Below, piece after piece: positions 63,501 to 64,000 of a DNA stretch of 64,000 nt. The DNA comes from an uncultured Chitinophagaceae bacterium. GTDB taxonomy: Bacteria; Bacteroidota; Bacteroidia; Chitinophagales; LD1. The stretch covers positions 107,660 to 171,659 of the forward strand of contig CAZNDJ010000001.1 of NCBI GenBank assembly GCA_964571705.1. The letters run 5' to 3'. The notes below the pieces were generated by a model. The model saw nothing but the letters and a program-made list of their open reading frames with translations. It was not told where the DNA came from and searched no databases. Position 1 is the first letter of the stretch. Every line of letters begins with the position of its first letter. The position numbers and the translations under genes are program-made.

Positions 63501-64000
63501 TCTTAATAGTTCTGTTATATCGGGATCGTTAAAGCCAAATCCTAGAAATAAAATCGTATTGTCAGAAAATAGTGATTTAAATTTTTCAGTTGAAGCATAA
63601 TCTTGGTCGTAAACTCGTCGATAATCTTCCTTAAATAGTACGCAAGTATCAGGATCAGTATAAGAGCCGTGAATTTTAAAAATAAAATCTTCATCGTTCT
63701 TATTAATCTCACTAACGTTGAATCTTGAGTTGTGTATGGTTGGGACTATTTGTGGAGCAGCTTTTTCAAAAGCATCATCATAATTTGTAGTAATTATTTT
63801 GCCCGTAAGTTCTGTTATTGCTCTATGCAACTCCAGGTTTCCACTTTTAATTGCAAAATGGTTTTTTATATATTTTCTAATAAGATTATGCTCATTTTTA
63901 ATCAGCTCTAAAGCATCTAATGGTGGGAGCAAGCCATTACTTAAACCTTCGATTATAAAATTGTAATTTGTATTGCCCGTCTCGTGAATTACATCCGTAA
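60597..64000 (-). CDS. SIR2-like domain + STAND/NB-ARC-type NTPase + helical-repeat sensor (Avs-like antiphage NLR), N-terminus beyond the window end
   Basis: The frame stays open upstream of the track start, to nt 64000 (..TDVIHETGNTNYNFIIEGLSNG-LLPPLD..). SIR2_2-type motifs are IITTNYD (about 63791-63777), FKIHGS and ILFLGFGFNDPDI. Walker A is KGSGGIGKTTL (about 62684-62658) and Walker B is VLIILDNFE (about 62471-62445). An alpha-helical C-terminal region of about 600 aa follows. Very AT-rich (11/60 G+C at 61561-61620). Confidence 0.85.
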   Translation of the reverse strand, partial: TDVIHETGNTNYNFIIEGLSNGLLPPLDALELIKNEHNLIRKYIKNHFAIKSGNLELHRAITELTGKIITTNYDDAFEKAAPQIVPTIHNSRFNVSEINKNDEDFIFKIHGSYTDPDTCVLFKEDYRRVYDQDYASTEKFKSLFSDNTILFLGFGFNDPDITELLRKFDDIYGNNNKHYIITKDTAGFRDFKFLEVIPVSEFSEIDVRISDFLDFKKGSVKRLDDLKPNLDFKGALKKIAFLTPDPLDINIKESVQNVIGCFDDLDIEIHTGHLNVNTLQLIDDFDVVIMPTKAFKGRLYIEDETLKSVLVPVDLICNSVLNERTILIFISEEELQLPEDYPIISIKSLKREVIKRFVFKAFRRGEMNFVDEQIKFQNVSTLPIAIGKEENKYLSIYGIKKNLDFSRKSLNVIGRIEEQAAIIKRVLNAIESNKLLNIKGSGGIGKTTLIKKVSWDLYNRGYFKQGVNFITCENVKSFVDFEQVILKGFNLLNIIDFKGYLKENRVKIDVLIILDNFETVTNISDSNDLEQIYQLLEFCVDYANIIVTSRESLGLPYEDVFTLTPLITDDALALFINEYGPVSNKAELQILRSEILENLLNNNPLAIKLVTKTSVRYFRMQELKDHLESHFFEATSEALSNLYKKDSDLNIERTKSIYQSINYSYSKLKTSEKLAFEILHLFPDGISLSNFKRCFAKTLSLNRISDIDMRHLRDKSLVEDENGLLYLQPIIRKFAEFQFFTRPIGVRQKYYNDAYVFNAFLLDVIKFIKDSKSFSDALRVQDVYKNNLIGILDYISYIDLSKSSNIDEKKYFINYIYELDAYIVNKKQYQDLRSRLNALEDYFGDVPFANTFLEVIKLQSVYYLEDFDTVYTKIAEILSPTRMSDRIFENEDYIERRYNDYIADIHSMEGYTIQLIECFVKNKSDEVFLINDFFYLGITDYALERQRDFYRYEYELITGKLDINKLEAYIDSLFSEEHLEIMQCTYTLSKVKQPDYTQIKKLVVTNPYTLGLKELMFAFVSENDTDIAKVHYENALKSLAHIRYFYLECLYYYTVFLKKNGDSQYFNYLDKGLNQAIELKYQYLHFKFETLKQGIDTPYVCDYNYYNIDGLEEYVKNHNAVWDERFKKEKLKD

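Noticed and set aside
1-64000. I looked for rRNA genes, additional tRNAs, prophage structural modules, integrases, cas genes and reverse transcriptases (retron/DGR).
   Set aside because: None was recognisable in any frame or by eye. Only one tRNA cloverleaf could be folded.

Overview
This 64-kb window looks like a Bacteroidota chromosome. The evidence is a T9SS C-terminal sorting domain, a PorZ-like propeller protein and TAnnTTTG-type -7 boxes. Hand-counted 60-nt samples give about 50% G+C in the core. All calls come from reading the sequence and the ORF track; no database search was run.

Layout:
- (A) 1-21.1 kb is an accessory island abutting tRNA-Met(CAT).
  - A giant secreted SpvB/FG-GAP/RHS toxin-like gene occupies 3-7655 (minus). 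It runs off the window, so it is absent from the ORF track.
  - A very GC-rich block lies at about 8.6-14.9 kb (41/60 G+C at 12601-12660). It carries relaxase, a MobC-like protein, a T4CP and a tightly coupled four-gene cargo operon of unknown function.
  - An AT-rich orphan 503-aa gene follows (21/60 G+C at 15601-15660), then an excisionase-type HTH.
  - The island ends with a dcm / ParB-fold / 274-aa / vsr module.
- (B) 21.2-56.8 kb is core.
  - Housekeeping genes: AhpD-like, LemA-TPM-TPM, ppa, TlpA, dgkA, lspA-ileS, a PorZ-like protein, a YfhO-like protein and recO.
  - A Wzm/Wzt ABC-transporter-dependent glycan locus spans about 18 kb. It contains wecE, a wecD-like gene, six or seven glycosyltransferases, a deacetylase, a methyltransferase, a Gfo/Idh/MocA oxidoreductase and an AsnB-type amidotransferase.
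- (C) 56.8-64 kb is a second accessory patch.
  - It contains a dispersed CGCAAAG-type repeat family.
  - An IS1595-family element is bounded by inverted repeats of about 45-50 bp and carries two passenger genes (an HNH nuclease and a 247-aa unknown).
  - A 212-aa unknown follows.
  - A very AT-rich SIR2-STAND (Avs-like) NTPase is truncated at the window end.

Best candidates for something undescribed, in order:
1. The methyltransferase-linked ParB-fold + 274-aa pair with a convergent Vsr.
2. The translationally chained transglutaminase-like / 4-TM / lipoprotein / mini-TM operon fused to the mobilisation genes.
3. The IS1595 passenger pair.
4. The N-terminal architecture of the RHS protein.

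Caveat on the ORF track: it renders alternative start codons (TTG/GTG) as M and takes the longest form, so several starts were trimmed.
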